64,000 nt of DNA from the human T2T-CHM13v2.0 reference genome, Homo sapiens (GCF_009914755.1 NC_060944.1), one strand, 5' to 3'; shown: positions 37,859 to 53,385, counted from the first letter of the stretch. Program-made: numbers and translations. Notes: a model not told the origin generated them from the letters alone.

Positions 37859-40800
37859 GGCATACTAGAATCCTACAGTGTGAGAGCTAAAAGAGTGCTT
37901 AGCAACCACTAAGCCCACCCCCCCCATGTACATATGGGGAAACTGAGGCTCAGAGAGCACAGAGGACTTGAGGCCTGGTTCCTGAAGGGAGGCGACATCA
38001 GGCAGAAACTGTCCCAGCTCTGGAGGTCTCGCGAGTCCCAGCCTCTCCTCTCTTAGGAGGCTGTAGTACCTGCCCCTCTGCCAACCCCTGCTCATCAGGA
38101 CTCCCAGAGAGCCAGCTCCTGGCTACCCACTATCTACCCTCGGCTCCCCAAGCAGCGAGTTCAGGCAGGCTCCCCACTGGTGCAGGCCCTCACCCCCACA
38201 GCAGAGCATGGGCCAAGGGTGCACGAGCCAGGCCTGAATCTGAGACCCCAGGGAAGAGAGGAAAAATCACAACCTTGGGCCTGGCTAGAATCCCAACTCT
38301 GCCACTCACCAGCTATGTGACCCTGGTTGAGGGACTCCCCTTTGCTGAGCTGCAGTGTCCACATGTATAAGATGGGAGTAGGGATGCTTTCCTCCAATGG
38401 TCAATGAGCTAATGAAGGTGAAACTCTTGGCGGGAGCACTGTAAATGCATGTATCCAACCTCTTCCTCTGCATGGGCCTCAGCTTCCCCATCTGCTAAAG
38501 GGTCTTGTGTTCTTGATGTGTTTGGGGGGGCCCTTGCAGCTCTAACTATATGAGGATTCAAATTCCGGCTCTGCTTCTCACTAGCTGTGTGACCTTGAAT
38601 ATGTTACTCAAGCTCTCTGAGTCCCAGTTTTCTCACCCATAAAACGGGGCTATTAATAATACCTCCTATTACAGGAGAGATGCAGGTCAGATACCTAGTA
38701 GAGTGACTGAGAAAATGTTAGCTAGTTGTGTTATCATCATGATCACCATTTCTAGTGTGTGAGTTTGGTTGTGCCTGCTGGAAGGGGCAACAGGGCCGAG
38801 CCTCCCAGGGTGAGAAAGTTTGGTTTTCTTAGAGACAGACGTTTGTAGGCTGAGCAAGGCATGCATGCATTTCTGGGAAAACAAAATTAGTTCATTTCCC
38901 TCCAAATCCCTGCCTGTGCAACCACCTAAAGCCAGGCTCTGAGTATCACAGTGCTTATAAGTGGTAAACCCACAGGCAGGTTTGTGAAAATGAAAATATG
39001 CATTTATTTCTGTTCCCAGTTCTGAGAACTACTTCCTGTTTCCCTCTAGAGGAAGGCAATGGCTTGTGCACATGCCTGGAGGTGGGAATGTGTGTCATGG
39101 ACACAAACTGGGGTGGTTATCACTGTGATGTTCCCACTGGCCATGTCTGAATTGTGCACGCAATCCTCTGACCATAGCTGATTCACTGGTGTTAACAGAC
39201 ACCTGACGGCAGGCTGGGCACTCAACAGTCTCTATTGGAAATTTGAAACTTGAATGGGGCACACAGACAGAGAGTGGCTGGAGATGCATCATTCCTGGCC
39301 AGCACCCTAGAGAGGAAAGCCACAGGCCCTGCCCCTGAGCTCCCCAGAGATGCCTTTTCCTGTTCTTCCCACAAGAGTACTCGTTTTGGGGGTTTGCTCT
39401 TCCCTCATCCTGGAAATGCCTTTCAATAAATCCACTGCTGGGCTCCTTGGTTAGTCAGTTTTTCGGTGTTTGCCACCCAGTTCACCTTGGCCAATGTGGT
39501 GACTAGGGAGACAGCACTGCTGGGGGTTAAGGGGAGACTGTGCAATGGAGCAGTGGCCCTCTGTGGAGTAGTTCTGGGCAGAAAGAGCACCGGACCCAGA
39601 GTCTGGTTCTTCATGATGTACTGCCATGTGACCTTGGGCAAATCACTTAACTTCTCTGTCTGGGATGGAACCAGGGGGCACCTTAGTAAGCAGATGGGGA
39701 CACTAAGGATCAGAGAGAGGAAAGGCTTTACTTAAAGCCACACAACAGGTTTAGGACAGACCCGGGAGAGCTGGGCCCTGCAAATCCCAGCCCTCAGAGG
39801 GAAAATTTCCTGGGTTAGGAAGCTTATTTCTAATTATCACCAGGACCTGTTTACCCCAGGTGAACAGGGTCCCCAGGCACTTGGCAGATCACAGATTTCT
39901 TTCCCAACCAATTGTCACATTTGGCCTTGGCAACAGCATCAATGGCCCAGGAGGGGGCTGAGTAAACTGAGCCCAGAGAGGGACAGAGTCTTGTGCAGGG
40001 TCATACCACAAGTTCATGGCAGAACTAGAGTCTGGGCCAGATCTAAAAAAGTGTTGCTTTTTGCTCTAAATTTAAGGAGGGTGAATTGGGGGTAGTGGCT
40101 AATGAGTTCTCCAGAGGAATTTTTAAACTGTTTGCTTTCATTTTGATGATAATCCTAAACATGTAACTCAAGCATATCATGAATCATCTGCAGAGCCACA
40201 GGTAAGTCCTGCCTGAGCTTGCGTTTGGACTTGGGATCACACTGGCAGCAAATAATAGCATTTGTTGAGAACTAACTATGGCCCAGGCACTACGCTTTGC
40301 ATTTTTTATCTATTTTTTAAAATTTTATTTAATCCTCACAACAACCCTATAAGATAAATGCCATCAGCATCCCCATTTCACAGATCAGGCAGTCAAGGTG
40401 CAGAGAGGTTAAGGTTAAGTAACTTGAAGCAATGTTAACAGCGAGCCTGTGATCTTGCCCACTACACTTTACCATTGTAATCGGAGGAGAAAATGGCAGA
40501 GGTGGCTTTGATATGTAAAGATGAATTCCTGCTAAGTGAAGGCCAGTGATGCAGAAGTACAGGGTGGGGAGAAATTTCACCATGGGTGAAATGGTGCCAA
40601 ATGGTGGGAGAACAAAGCCATCATCAGCATGCAGAGTTGGGTGGAAGTGCGTGACAAACCCAAACAAAATGGCATCGCAATTGAGTGTCCCACATTCACA
40701 CTGCTGGTGGCAACTCTGGTTTAGCAAAGCAACATCAACCATATCATTAATTAATTAATATTGTTGCATTGATGATATGGCAGCATAGCTTAATGCTTAG

Positions 40801-41371
40801 GGATGCAGGCTTAAAACTCATAATTTCTGACTTCAAATGTGTTTTCCTCTTGGCCTAGTCCTCAGACTATGGGCAAATCACTCAACCTCTCTAAGCCTCA
40901 GTTTTGTTCATCTTTAAAATGGAATTGTAATAGCACCTGATAGACTGCTGATTGCCTATGCAATTCCCTTCTTTTCCTGTTTTTTGTTGACCAAACCCTG
41001 ATTTTATTCCCGATGGTGATATATCTAGCTAAGTAAGACTTTATTCCCAGCCTCTCTTACAGCTACTGGTGGCCAACAAGTGGAAGTTATTCAGTGAGAG
41101 ACTTCTGAGGACTATCCCTAGAGGGGGCCAATGCATCTGGGAGGAAAGCCCATTTGCTCTTCTTTCTCCTTCTTCCTATATGGAACTCAGGCATTATGGC
41201 AGCAGCCCCAGCAGCCATCTAGGATCAAGAAGTGACCTTCAGGATGAAGACACATGATAAGGATGAAGCAACATGAGGCTGGAAGGAACCTGAAACATTG
41301 ATGATACCATAGAGACTGCAGCAGCCCTGGGCTGACTCTTCCCTGACTTTTTTTTTTTTTTTTTTTTTTTT

Positions 41372-42440
41372 AAAGTCAGCCTTTTATTTTAGGACAGTTT
41401 TAGATGTAAGAATCATTGCAAAGATAGTACAGAGAGTGCCTGCATACCCCACACCCAGTTTCTCCTATTATTAACATCTTATAGGCCAGGCGAGGTGGCT
41501 TTCACCTGTAATCCCAGCACTTTGGGAGTCCAAGGTAGGAGGATCACTTAAGGCCAAGAGTTTGAGACCAGCCTGGGCAACAGAGCAAGGCCCTCTTCCT
41601 ACAAAAATAAAAATAAAAAATTGAGCTGGGTGTCATGGCATACCAGTAGTCCTAGTTACTCAGGAGGCTGAGGTGGAAGGATTACTTGAGCCCAGGAGTT
41701 TGGGGCTTCAGTGAGCTATGATCACACCACTGTACTCCAGTGTGGGTGACAGAGCAAGACCCTGTCTGTAAAAAAACCCGAAAACCAAAACCAGAAAATC
41801 TTATATTAGGGTATGATACATATTAAAACCAAAAAATCTTATATTAGGGCATGGTACATATGTCACAATGAATGAGCCATACTGTCATTATTAACTGAAA
41901 AGCCCATACTTCATTCAGATTTCCTCAGTTTCTCCCTAATACCCCTTTTCTGTTCCAGGATCCCATCCAGGCTCCCACATTACATTTAGTTGTGTCTCCT
42001 TAGGCTCCACCTGGTTGTGACGGTTTCAAAGACTTTCCTTGTTTTTGATGAACCTCATAGTTTTGAGGACAACTGGTCAGGTATTTTGTAACATGTTCCT
42101 CAATAGGGATTTTTCTGGTGATTTTCTTGTGATTAGACAGGGGTGATGTGTTTAGGGAGGAAGACCGCAGAGGTGAAGTGTCAATGTCATCGCTTCAGAT
42201 GGGGGGACATTCTATCAATACGACTTCTCACTGTGGATGTTGACCTTGATTGCTGGCACGTTTCTCCACTGCAAAATCACTGTTTCTGTCCTCCATTCAA
42301 CGCCATACTCTTTGGAAGAAAGTCACTCCATGCAGCCCGTGCTTAAGGAGTGGGAGTTATGTTCCACCTCCTGGAGGGTGACGCACTTAAGCTACTTAAG
42401 CTATTAAGTATTTTTTATGTAGCAAAAGCTAACAGATAAA
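41372..42440 (-). mobile_element. L1MB-like 3' end interrupted by an AluJ (+, ~41484-41797)
   Basis: caaagatagtacagagag...ttccaggatcccatccagg...ggaagaaagtcact; Alu in the middle. Confidence 0.75.
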
Positions 42441-42470
42441 CAAACCCTTTTGTTTCGTAGATCTATGTTA

Positions 42471-42947
<477 letters not shown>

Positions 42948-44898
42948 TTATTATTAGTTTTATAGTGCATTAGTATTTGATTGATAATTTTGTTTCAGTC
43001 TTTTTAGTTGTTTGGGAACTATAAGCCTAAGGAGTTGATAGCTCACTTCATGAATGCACACAAATAAGTAGTTTACCGTCAATGCCCTCCTAAGGGCCTA
43101 AGATCAACAGGAATGCACCTGTAGTTAAATAAGTGGTTCTATTACTCACCGGGACAAGAAAGTGCACAGCATGGGGAACCCTGGAATGTCTTAGTGAGAG
43201 TGTTAGAAAAGGCTTATTATAGGATTGGTCTCGTGTTAGGTGACTTGAATAGGGTTTGAGGATGTGGGGTTTTTCTTCAGATTGGATGCTCTCAGGAAGT
43301 GAGGGTAATTATGCAGTTGCGATCTTAACAAGTCTTGTCTATAGAGAAGGCAGACTCTGGCAAGGCTAATGCTGTCATTGGGAAAGAAGCAGCGGTCACT
43401 TGTATTAGCTGGGACTGAGGGGTGTTTGGTCATTTTCGTGGCTTGGAAATGTGCATGATTTGTCTTTGTTCAGACATGATTACAGAGTGTTCCACTTTTC
43501 GTCTTGATTCATCAATCACTGAGGACCTCATCTGATGTTGGTGTTCTGGGGAATCATTAACATTGGACAGGACATAAGCTGTTCTCTGTGCATGTTGGGC
43601 TGACTTGCAGCAACACCCAGTCCTAGCTGATGACTATCCAGGATGGCCCCTGGATGTCAGGGCTGCTTTCCTCTTTCTCAATTTCAGTCAACATTAGTGG
43701 GTCTGAGAGGATCCCTTCCTCCTTTTAAAGCTCTCCATATATTAAGTTGGAGCAACAAGCTCATTCCTGCTCAAACTGGGCAGGCATTTTTAGATTCTTT
43801 TCTGCTCCCAGAAGTTTTCCTTTCCCATTATTTGGTCTTGAGCTGGTCTCAGGAAGAAGTAATGAAGGTGAGAGATCTGCAGTGGGATCCTGGGAAAGGT
43901 GGCACATGTGGATCACTGAGGCCTGGGCTCGGATGGTGAGGATTTGAAGATTCCCAAAGGCCACACCTAAGGGTCACCAGAGGGTGTCCAGCCCCCATTA
44001 TCCAGATGGGGGAACTGAGACCCAGGAGGGAAGGGCTCTGTGTTGGGTCCCAAGGTGTGCCATTCCAATTATCAACTGCCCTCCCTTACCTGACTGGCAG
44101 AGTCCCTTTCTTCCAGTTTGACGGAAAATACTGTTTGGCTCTTTTTTTGTGGGATGGAGTGTAGAAATTGGGGAAAAGAAGAAAATATAAAATCTTACAT
44201 TAAGCATCCTAAGCCAATTCATGTGGTCGAAGAAGCAGAAAAGCAGCAGAAAAGCAGCAGAATGCGATGCCAAACACATCCTCTGTAGGCACGTGTGTTA
44301 TACCAGGTTGCTGCGAGGGCCCAGAGGACACATCTGTTGTAGCTGAATAAGTTCCAGTGTTGAACCTCAGCACACACATGCGCATCTGGGCACCTGTGCA
44401 CAGAGCTTGTATGCACAGAGCAGGAACACATGCATGCTACAAAAGGATCAAGAGTCAAACTCCAAACTGGCTGCCCTTATTGATAACTTCCAGCTGATGG
44501 AAGGTGGAAAGGCGAAGGTAGATGTGTTTTGGATATAAAAGGTCTGTCTTCTCTGTTTACTGTCTATGTGACCTTGAGCAAATTGATTGACCTCTCTAAG
44601 ACTCAGTTTTCTGCAATATAATATGGTTCTCTTCTCTCAGAGTAAGGATGGAGTTCAGTGAGGAAACAGAAATGTAAGCATTGCATCATTCGGAATGCTC
44701 TGGGCTGCAAGTAACAGAACACCAACTCCACTGGCTTAAATGAAAAAGAAATTGATCATCTAGAGACAGGACTCAGGACCTCAATGATGTCAGTAAAGCT
44801 CCAGGCCCCTTCTGACCCTCCACTCAACCACTCACTCTCCCACCTCCCTGTCAGATTGGTCCCAAATGTGGTTCTCCTGGTGGTCCACACTGGAGTAG

Positions 44899-45288
<390 letters not shown>

Positions 45289-46505
45289 TGAAACGCTAAG
45301 TCTTCCTCTTTAGTATGAGTGAACTAATTGAAGTCACATGACCAGCCCTGGCAGTAGGAACCATGGCCAGGGGAATATCATGTGCTGACTGGCTGCAGTT
45401 TTGGTCCCTGAACACATCAGTGGCTGGGGGACCCCTTCAGACTAAAGGACCTAGCCCTGCAGCTGGGGACTGATATTAGGAAGGGAAAGGGAAAGGGCAT
45501 GATTCATGTCCCTCACTGCTCAGGGTCTTGCTGTGTAGCATCTCTTCTGAGATGTGGGTCAGACAGGGTGTTGGCCATCGCTAGAAAGGACCCCTCCTAC
45601 AAGGACAAGACTTGAACAGGGATCCTGAAGACTTCTGGGGTTTCTATCTAGAGTCCAAATGGGTCTCTAGAGTCAGCCTGTTGACAGGCTGAGTTGAGTG
45701 GCAGCATCTCTAGTGGATCTGGCTCTCTGCCTGTGACCACTTGTGTGCATGAGCAAGTGCCTCACAGACCTGCATGTGTACATGGAAGATGTATTTTTAC
45801 CTCCATGTTTGCGTCTGTAGCAACAAGTATGAAATGCACATACATGTTCATGCACATGTCAATGTACGTGGCTACCACACAGTAGGTATACTGTACAGTG
45901 TAACCATACAGTGTTTCAAATATGCATATATGTTCATATATGTGCATATATGCAATATCTGGATAGATGTATATGGCATAATGGCATATTTATATATTAA
46001 TAAATCAATCATTTTAGAGTATTAACTATATATGAGTTATATTATGCCTAAGATATATTAATAAAAACAATGTTTGTCAAGTACTTGCTATATGCCAGGT
46101 ACTATTCTAAGCACATATGTTCTAAATTAATATATGTATTACTTTAAGGATACATAACCTAGTGTCTTTTTGGGGTCCATGGATGAAGTGTATCTTCACT
46201 CACCTTTAATTAAATTCGGTTGTTTCATTCTTCATTTGTGAATGTAGGGCATTCACAAATTCACAAATTCATTCTTTCAATTGTGAATGTAGGGCACAAG
46301 CCACAGTAGTGTCAGGAGTGCCTGGAACTTTGTCACCATTAGAAATCATAGCTATTTTTGTATCTTGTTATAATGATTATAGATATCTCAAAATATTAAC
46401 AGTCATCATTTGTTTTGACCTACCACTGATCTTGTTATTTAATGTATTAGCAAAGAAGCATATATAGTACAATATCAAAACTGTGTTCTTTAAAAAAAAA
46501 AAAAG

Positions 46506-46570
<65 letters not shown>
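46506..46570. repeat. (TA)n(TG)n microsatellite
   Basis: Directly visible; abuts a partial antisense Alu monomer. Confidence 0.95.
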
Positions 46571-46573
<3 letters not shown>

Positions 46574-46652
46574 ATGAAGTCTTGCTATGTTGCCCAAGGT
46601 GGCCTTGACCCCCTGGGCTCAAGTGATCCTCTCACTTCAGCCTCCCAAGTAA

Positions 46653-46984
<332 letters not shown>

Positions 46985-48040
46985 AATGACTGTGTTTTTA
47001 ATATAATTTGTTTCATTCATAATCCAATGCATTTAATTTTATTTTAAGCATGTGAAGACACCATTCTGAGGAGGGGCCCATGGCTTCACCAGATGCCAAA
47101 GACGCCCATGCCACAGCAAAGAAAAATTCATTGATCAATCCTTCAATGACCCCATGAAGCAGCAGTGTTACCAGTTTGCTACAGAGGGGAACCTGAGGCA
47201 CAGGGAGGTTGTGCAACTTGTTTAAGGTCACATAGATATCGAGTGGTTGTGCATTATTATATCTGTCAGTTGTTTTTATAGCCTATGGGCTGATGTGGGC
47301 TTGTCCTTTGTGTCACATCAGAAAGCAAGTCTGGTCAATTATTTTCTTTCTCAAGGATAAGTGAGATCAAGAAAAATAATACACATATATTGCATGGATT
47401 ATTTGTGGTCATCATTTGCTAATCCTTATACCTGTGCCATGTTGGATTAATTATTACAGCTTTGTGAGCTGCTTTATTAAGGAGGGGAAGTAGAGTGAAC
47501 AAATCATGGCAAGTCACTTCACCTCATCTTCTCATTTAAGGATGCTGATACTGGTGTTGCCAAGGCGACGCTGTCAGCTTTCGGAAGCATCTTTAAATGG
47601 GAGAGGCGAAGGCCCACACAGATCGAGGCGGAGGAAAACTCAGAAAAAAGGCTCAAATCCCTCGGCCGCAGAGACAAACCATCCTGGTGGGGACCATCCC
47701 TCACCCCCCGCACATGGCCACTTTCTACCTCACCTGTGGTGGTTGTCTCTGGGGTGTACTCAGGGAACTCTCTCCCCAGTGTGGAAACTGCCTTTGCTGG
47801 GAACAACGCAGAGATCTCAGAAATGATGGATCCATCAAGTGCCAGTGCGAGAGACTGAGTGGTCTTGGAGGCCTTTCCAGGAAGTTCCTCCTGCCCTTGG
47901 TACACGAGTTTGGTGGTAGATGCCCAGATGCCCAGAGTGCTCTGGGAGAGGAAGGCAGCTCACAAATGCAAATGCGCTGGAGGTGGTGCTTGGCTGTGCT
48001 GCCTTGGATGAGACCCTTTCCCTCTCTGAGCCCTAATTTC

Positions 48041-48358
48041 TTTTTTCTTTTTCTTTTTTTTTTTTTTTTTTTTTTTGAGACAGAGTCTGGTTCTATCGCC
48101 CAGGCTGGAGTACAGTGACAAGATGTCGGCTCAGTGCAACCTCCGCCTCCCGGTTCAAGCAATTCTTCTGCCTCAGGCTCCTGAGGAGCTGGGGCTACAG
48201 GCATGTGTCACCATGCCCAGCTAGTTTTTGTATCTTTAGTAGAGATGGGGTTTCACCATGTTGCCCAGGGTGGTCTTGAACTTCTGAGCTCAGGCAACCC
48301 ACCAGCCTTGGCCTCCCAAAGTGCTAGGATTACAGACTAGGAGCCACTGTGCCCGGTG
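48041..48358 (-). mobile_element. Alu, full length
   Basis: Antisense Alu with long T tail. Confidence 0.9.
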
Positions 48359-49248
48359 CCTAATTTCTTCATCACTGAAATGGGAAGAAAACTAACCTGG
48401 TGCAGGGAGAGGTGACAAGTGTTTTCCATAGGAACCCGCAGATGCAGGTATCCTAGAGGCTGGCACCTATGAGCTGTGGCCCCCAGGAGACCCAGTCTAG
48501 GCTCGAGACCACACCAGCCGTGCCCTCTACAGTGCCTTGTGCTGCCCAGGATCCTCAGGTTGGTCTTGTCTGCAGCCATTGTGAGTCAGCCTCACTGTCA
48601 GAAGGGCTTTCAGAGGTTGCTAGGTGCTCTGTCCATGGGAAACTGAGGTTCAGAGAGGGCCAGGGGCTCTGATCCAATGGCAGAGCCAGACTGATAACAG
48701 GGTCTAATATTCCTGGGCAGGACACAGCTGTGCCCTTGATAGTCAGAGGCAATCTGGGATGAACTGGATCCTGGGGTCAGGACCTGGGGACAGGGAGGCC
48801 GAGAGAGGGCACAGAGGTGGAGAGAAGAGAGATGGGAGCCAGGGACAGGGAACGAGGGAAGGCTGCCTAGCATCCCTGCTTCCTGAAGTCATGACTTGGG
48901 TGTCACTGACCCCACTGCTGGTGCCAGGCATGATCATGAGACCGAGGTCTGGTCAAGCAGAGTAAGAGTGATAAGCATAGGGATGGACACAAGACCAATC
49001 CTGGCTGCAGAAAATCATTCCTTTACTGGAATCATGGAGACGAGGGAGCTCCCCGGGTCAGGGATGCTGAGCTGGGAGGACATGAGCCTGGGGCTGCCAG
49101 AGCCTTCTTGTGAGGAAAGATCCTGGCTGAGAATGAAGTCAACGGGGCAGATGGAGGGGCTGAGAGGTGGAGCTGACATCATTTGAGCCTCTGGATCTAA
49201 CCTCACTTGCCTTTACCCTTAGACTTTCCAGTTATGTGAGTCAATTTA

Positions 49249-49650
<402 letters not shown>

Positions 49651-52061
49651 TAAAGAACAGGTGTCTGAGGATAACTCAAATCAGCTTCCTGCCCCCTTAT
49701 AAAATGGGAGTAGAGAGGGACTTGGGCCTTCAACCCACCCAGAGGAGTTCTGTCCCTGGGCCTCACAGCTTTGCCCTGTCTCCTCTCTAGCTTGCAGTCA
49801 GCCTAGAAACTACAATAGAAAAATAAATGATGTGGATACAAAAATAAAATGCCTTTTCCTCACCTGAGTGCAGGAGAAGGGGCGGCATGTGCTGGGGAAT
49901 GCCTTCCTCACCCCATTCTCCTCTTTGAGGACAAACATTTATTAGGCACCTGCTTCATGCCAGGCTCTATTAAGAAGATGACATACATGGTCTCATTTCC
50001 TCCTTGCCATAGCCCAGCCAGGAAGGAATATTATCATCTCCATTTTACAGATGGGAAAACTGAGGCTTTGATGATGTGAAGATAACTGGTGCCTTGAGAG
50101 GCTGAGCCACTGGACCAAAGTGTCAGAGCTGGAGCAGGTTTGTCCGACTCCAAAGCCCTGCCCACCACACCACACTGCACACAGTAGAGGCTAAATAAAG
50201 GTCTGCTGGGCAAATGCTGCTTAAGGCGATTTGAGCTCTCTGGGCAGCAATCTGCCCCTAAAGATTTCCCATCATGCCTGAAATGCCACCATTAGCAACC
50301 ATGTCCTTTGAGTCTTGAAGGGGAAGAGTGCTAATTCCCAGGAATGAGATCAAAGTCAGTCTGTGCTGGGTTTACTCAGGGATCGGCTGAGAGTGGGACT
50401 CAGGGCTGGGGCGAGCCAGGGGGATGAAGGGGTCCCATTCCCATTGGCTCAGTCTCATCCAGGAGAAAACCTTCTGAGGACAGAGGTGTATCCTGGCGGT
50501 AGGGCAGGTGGGCTCCTGGCTATGCCTGGGTGTTGGCTGATGACAACAGGGCAGACAGCATGACACAGTGATGGGGGCAGGTGACAGAGTAGCTGTGGAT
50601 CCTTTCTGACTCCATCCTCTGAAAGAAGCTATGAGGGCCCTGGTCTCCCAAACTCAGGCAGAGGCCTTATCTCCTCCCCTGCAGCTCCCCACCTACCACC
50701 ACAGAGGCAGCATCACTGCTGGATGGGGAAGGGAGGGAGGCTAGGGGTTAGGGCTTGGAGGCAGAGAGGATCTGGACTTGGAGACAGATGTCCTGCCTAA
50801 CAGTCCCTGTAATTGAGCCTGGGGGAGTTGAGGTTACAGGGAGTCCTAAGGGAAGCCACCCAGGTAGAGATCAGCTTCCTGGGACTTGAAGGAGCCTTGG
50901 AGGACATGAGCCTATAACACAGACAGGGACCTAGTTCTAGACCCTTCTTCAGGGATGGTATCTGTTTTAACTGAAAGGTTATTTCCAGTTGTTTTTAGAG
51001 GTTGTTTGAGGCTGTCACTGTGGCCCTTGTAGCCAAAAAGGGTGAGTATAGCTGGGGTGGGGATGGGATCATAGGGCTCCTCCTTATGCCAGGGGAGCAC
51101 TAGCTTTGTCCAAGAGCATCTACAGTCCTGTGAGATGCTCTGGGACAAACCGAGCCCATTTTCAAATAAGTAAATTTGGAGAAAGCTGCCCACTCTAGCC
51201 CCTTCATGGGTAGTCACAAGGCACTTGGCCATATTAAAGGCTCTGATCAGTCCTGCAGTGAAGAGTGCCTGTTCACTTTGACTTAACCTGCTGTTTCCTT
51301 TTCTCATTGCTCATAGGTACTTTTAGAGACAAGCCATAGTTATTCCCTGTGACACATCCTCTAGGACATGCTGGAGGTGAAGGAGCATGTCCTTTTGGGT
51401 CTCCTAAAGACCCTGAGCTCCAAACATTGGAGCCTAGAAGTGGTGAAGTGGTAAAGCCTAGAAGTGGTGAAGTCTAAAGACCCTGAGATCTAGGGTCATT
51501 AGAACCTAGAAGTGGTGAAGTGTGAAGGGGAAATAATGATTAACCCACCCATTAAGGGGTGGATGCAGCCCCTTCAGACTTGAAAAGAAAGTTCAAGGAC
51601 ATCTCAAGACTAGAAAATCTTGGAACAGGAGCTTAGAATGGGAGATGGCCTTCTTGCCAATCCAAGGGAGAGAACCTGGGCCATCTGGGCAGCTTCCGAT
51701 GTGCAAATACATTCCCACCTGCCTGCAACCCCACCATTGGTCATGGGAATCAAGTTTGGTCTGTTCTCAGCCCATTCAAGGTACTGTGACCCTCAGGCAG
51801 GGAGCCCCTGAAGGGGGAGGGAGAGAAGAGGGGCGAGGACTACATCAGAGGGATGGGCCCCGAACACCCTCCATGTCACAGACGGAGGGGAGTGGGGGGG
51901 CAGATGACCCTTCTGGACTTCTGGGTCAAGGAGGGCTGGCTCAGGAAGCCCAGGGTGTCAGGGAAGGCGGTGGCACAGTGTCTTGCATCTGGGTCCAGGT
52001 TGTCCAGGAGTGCCAAGTCCGAGCTTCTCCTGTGTGGTCCAGCCTCTGGCACAGCTGCTCG

Positions 52062-52222
52062 TTAGATGTCCAAAGGCCGTATCATCATGCGAGAGGCACG
52101 CAGTGAGTAGCTGGGGCCCTTGAAGTAGTGCCAGCGGATGCCGTCCATCTTGTACTTGTTGTCGGGAGCGTGGTAGTAGACGCCGTTGAGGTTTGACAGG
52201 CCACAGGCGTCAAACCACCACC
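52062..52222 (-). CDS. ANGPT4: ANGPT4 last coding exon (WWFDACGLSNLNG...RMMIRPLDI*)
   Basis: Acceptor ccaccag; WW...C..SNLNG and MMIRP signature; TAA stop at 52062-52064. Confidence 0.96.
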
Positions 52223-52559
52223 CTGGTGGAAGAGGGAGGACAGGCGCTTGGTGGAGGTGGGAGCCCAGCCAGTGGCAAGAGGGCAGCCCCTGTGTCCCAA
52301 AGAGAACAAAGACTAATCGGGGCTGTTGCCTCCTCTGGGAAGCCAGCTGGCTGGGGATGGGGCTGGGTGGGAGTGGGGGTGGGGTGGACAACAGACCCTC
52401 TGCTCAGCCGGGGCCTCTAGAGGGCAGCAAGGGGCTCTGGCCACTCCTCGAGCCCCCTTGCTCCTCCCGGCCTTCTCCCTGAGCCCTTGGCGTCCCTGTC
52501 TTCCTCCCTCACTGAACCTGTCTTTCCAGCTCCCCAACCTCCCCTCATCGCTCTGCTCA

Positions 52560-52990
52560 CTGCTTTCTAGTGGTCTCTGTCACTCTCTCTGAGTCTCTCA
52601 CTCTCCAGGTTCATCTCTTTCTCTCTTATGGTCTCTGTGCGTGGGTCTGTCTCTGTGTGTCCCATTGTGTTCATCTTTCTCTGATGGTCTTTGTCCCTCT
52701 CTGCCTTTCGTGTCTCTGGCCCTCCCTTCCTCTGGGCCCCCATCTTTCACATGCTGTGTTTGTCTCCCGGCCTCTCCTTGGGCTAAGTCTTTCTCCCCCA
52801 TCTCCCTCTGTACTTCTCTGCCCCAGTATAGCTCTCCATCTGCTGCTCAATGACTCTGACAGCCTTGGTGTCTCTCTCTTTCTCCATCTGTCCTCTGTGT
52901 CTCAGAAGGTCTCTCCCCCTGTCTCTGTTCTTCTTACTTTGTCTCTGTCTCCCATTCACCCCACTTCCTGTTCTCTGACCTCTGTGCCTA
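52560..52990. repeat. CT-rich low-complexity tract in the last ANGPT4 intron
   Basis: Degenerate (TC)/(TCTG) runs. Confidence 0.75.
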
Positions 52991-53385
52991 CCAAGGAACA
53001 CTGCCTGAGCCACAGCTGGTGTGGAGCTGCCCCTCTGCCTCCCTCTGGTCTCCTGATCCTGGTTCGGCTTGCCTGGGGTTGGGACTGATAGGGTATAGGG
53101 TGCCTCCCCCCCGGGGCCCTGCACTCAGTGTTTCTTTAGCCTTGTCTCTGAGGAAAACTGGTGGTGCCAGCTTTAGGAGGAGGTGAGACCTGGAGGGGAC
53201 TTCAAGGACTCAATGGGGGAAGGCACCGAAGGGGCACAGCCAGGTGAGCTTATGGGTGGGCAAGGCCCAGACCTGCACCCATCCTCCTGACAGCACCTGG
53301 GCGCACAAGAACCTGGGGAGGGAATGGGAGTGTCAATCTGGGTGAGCCTGTGGGTGGGCGGAGCTTCACCCCACCCTGCACCTAC

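Noticed and set aside
41790-41862. ~41-nt tandem duplication at an Alu/L1 junction (similar small one at ~28703-28743)
   Set aside because: Ordinary slippage inside decayed repeats; no functional implication.
43010-43560. Possible ERV LTR-like segment
   Set aside because: Could not assign a family or termini by eye; needs RepeatMasker/Dfam.
51433-51521. Three 17-nt repeats with short spacers, superficially CRISPR-like
   Set aside because: Human DNA, irregular spacers (7 and 31 nt) copied from local sequence, no cas genes.
52223-52391. N-terminal extensions of ORF-track hits at ANGPT4 exons (also 53517-53719)
   Set aside because: Intronic read-through beyond canonical AG acceptors; the exon phases already join correctly.
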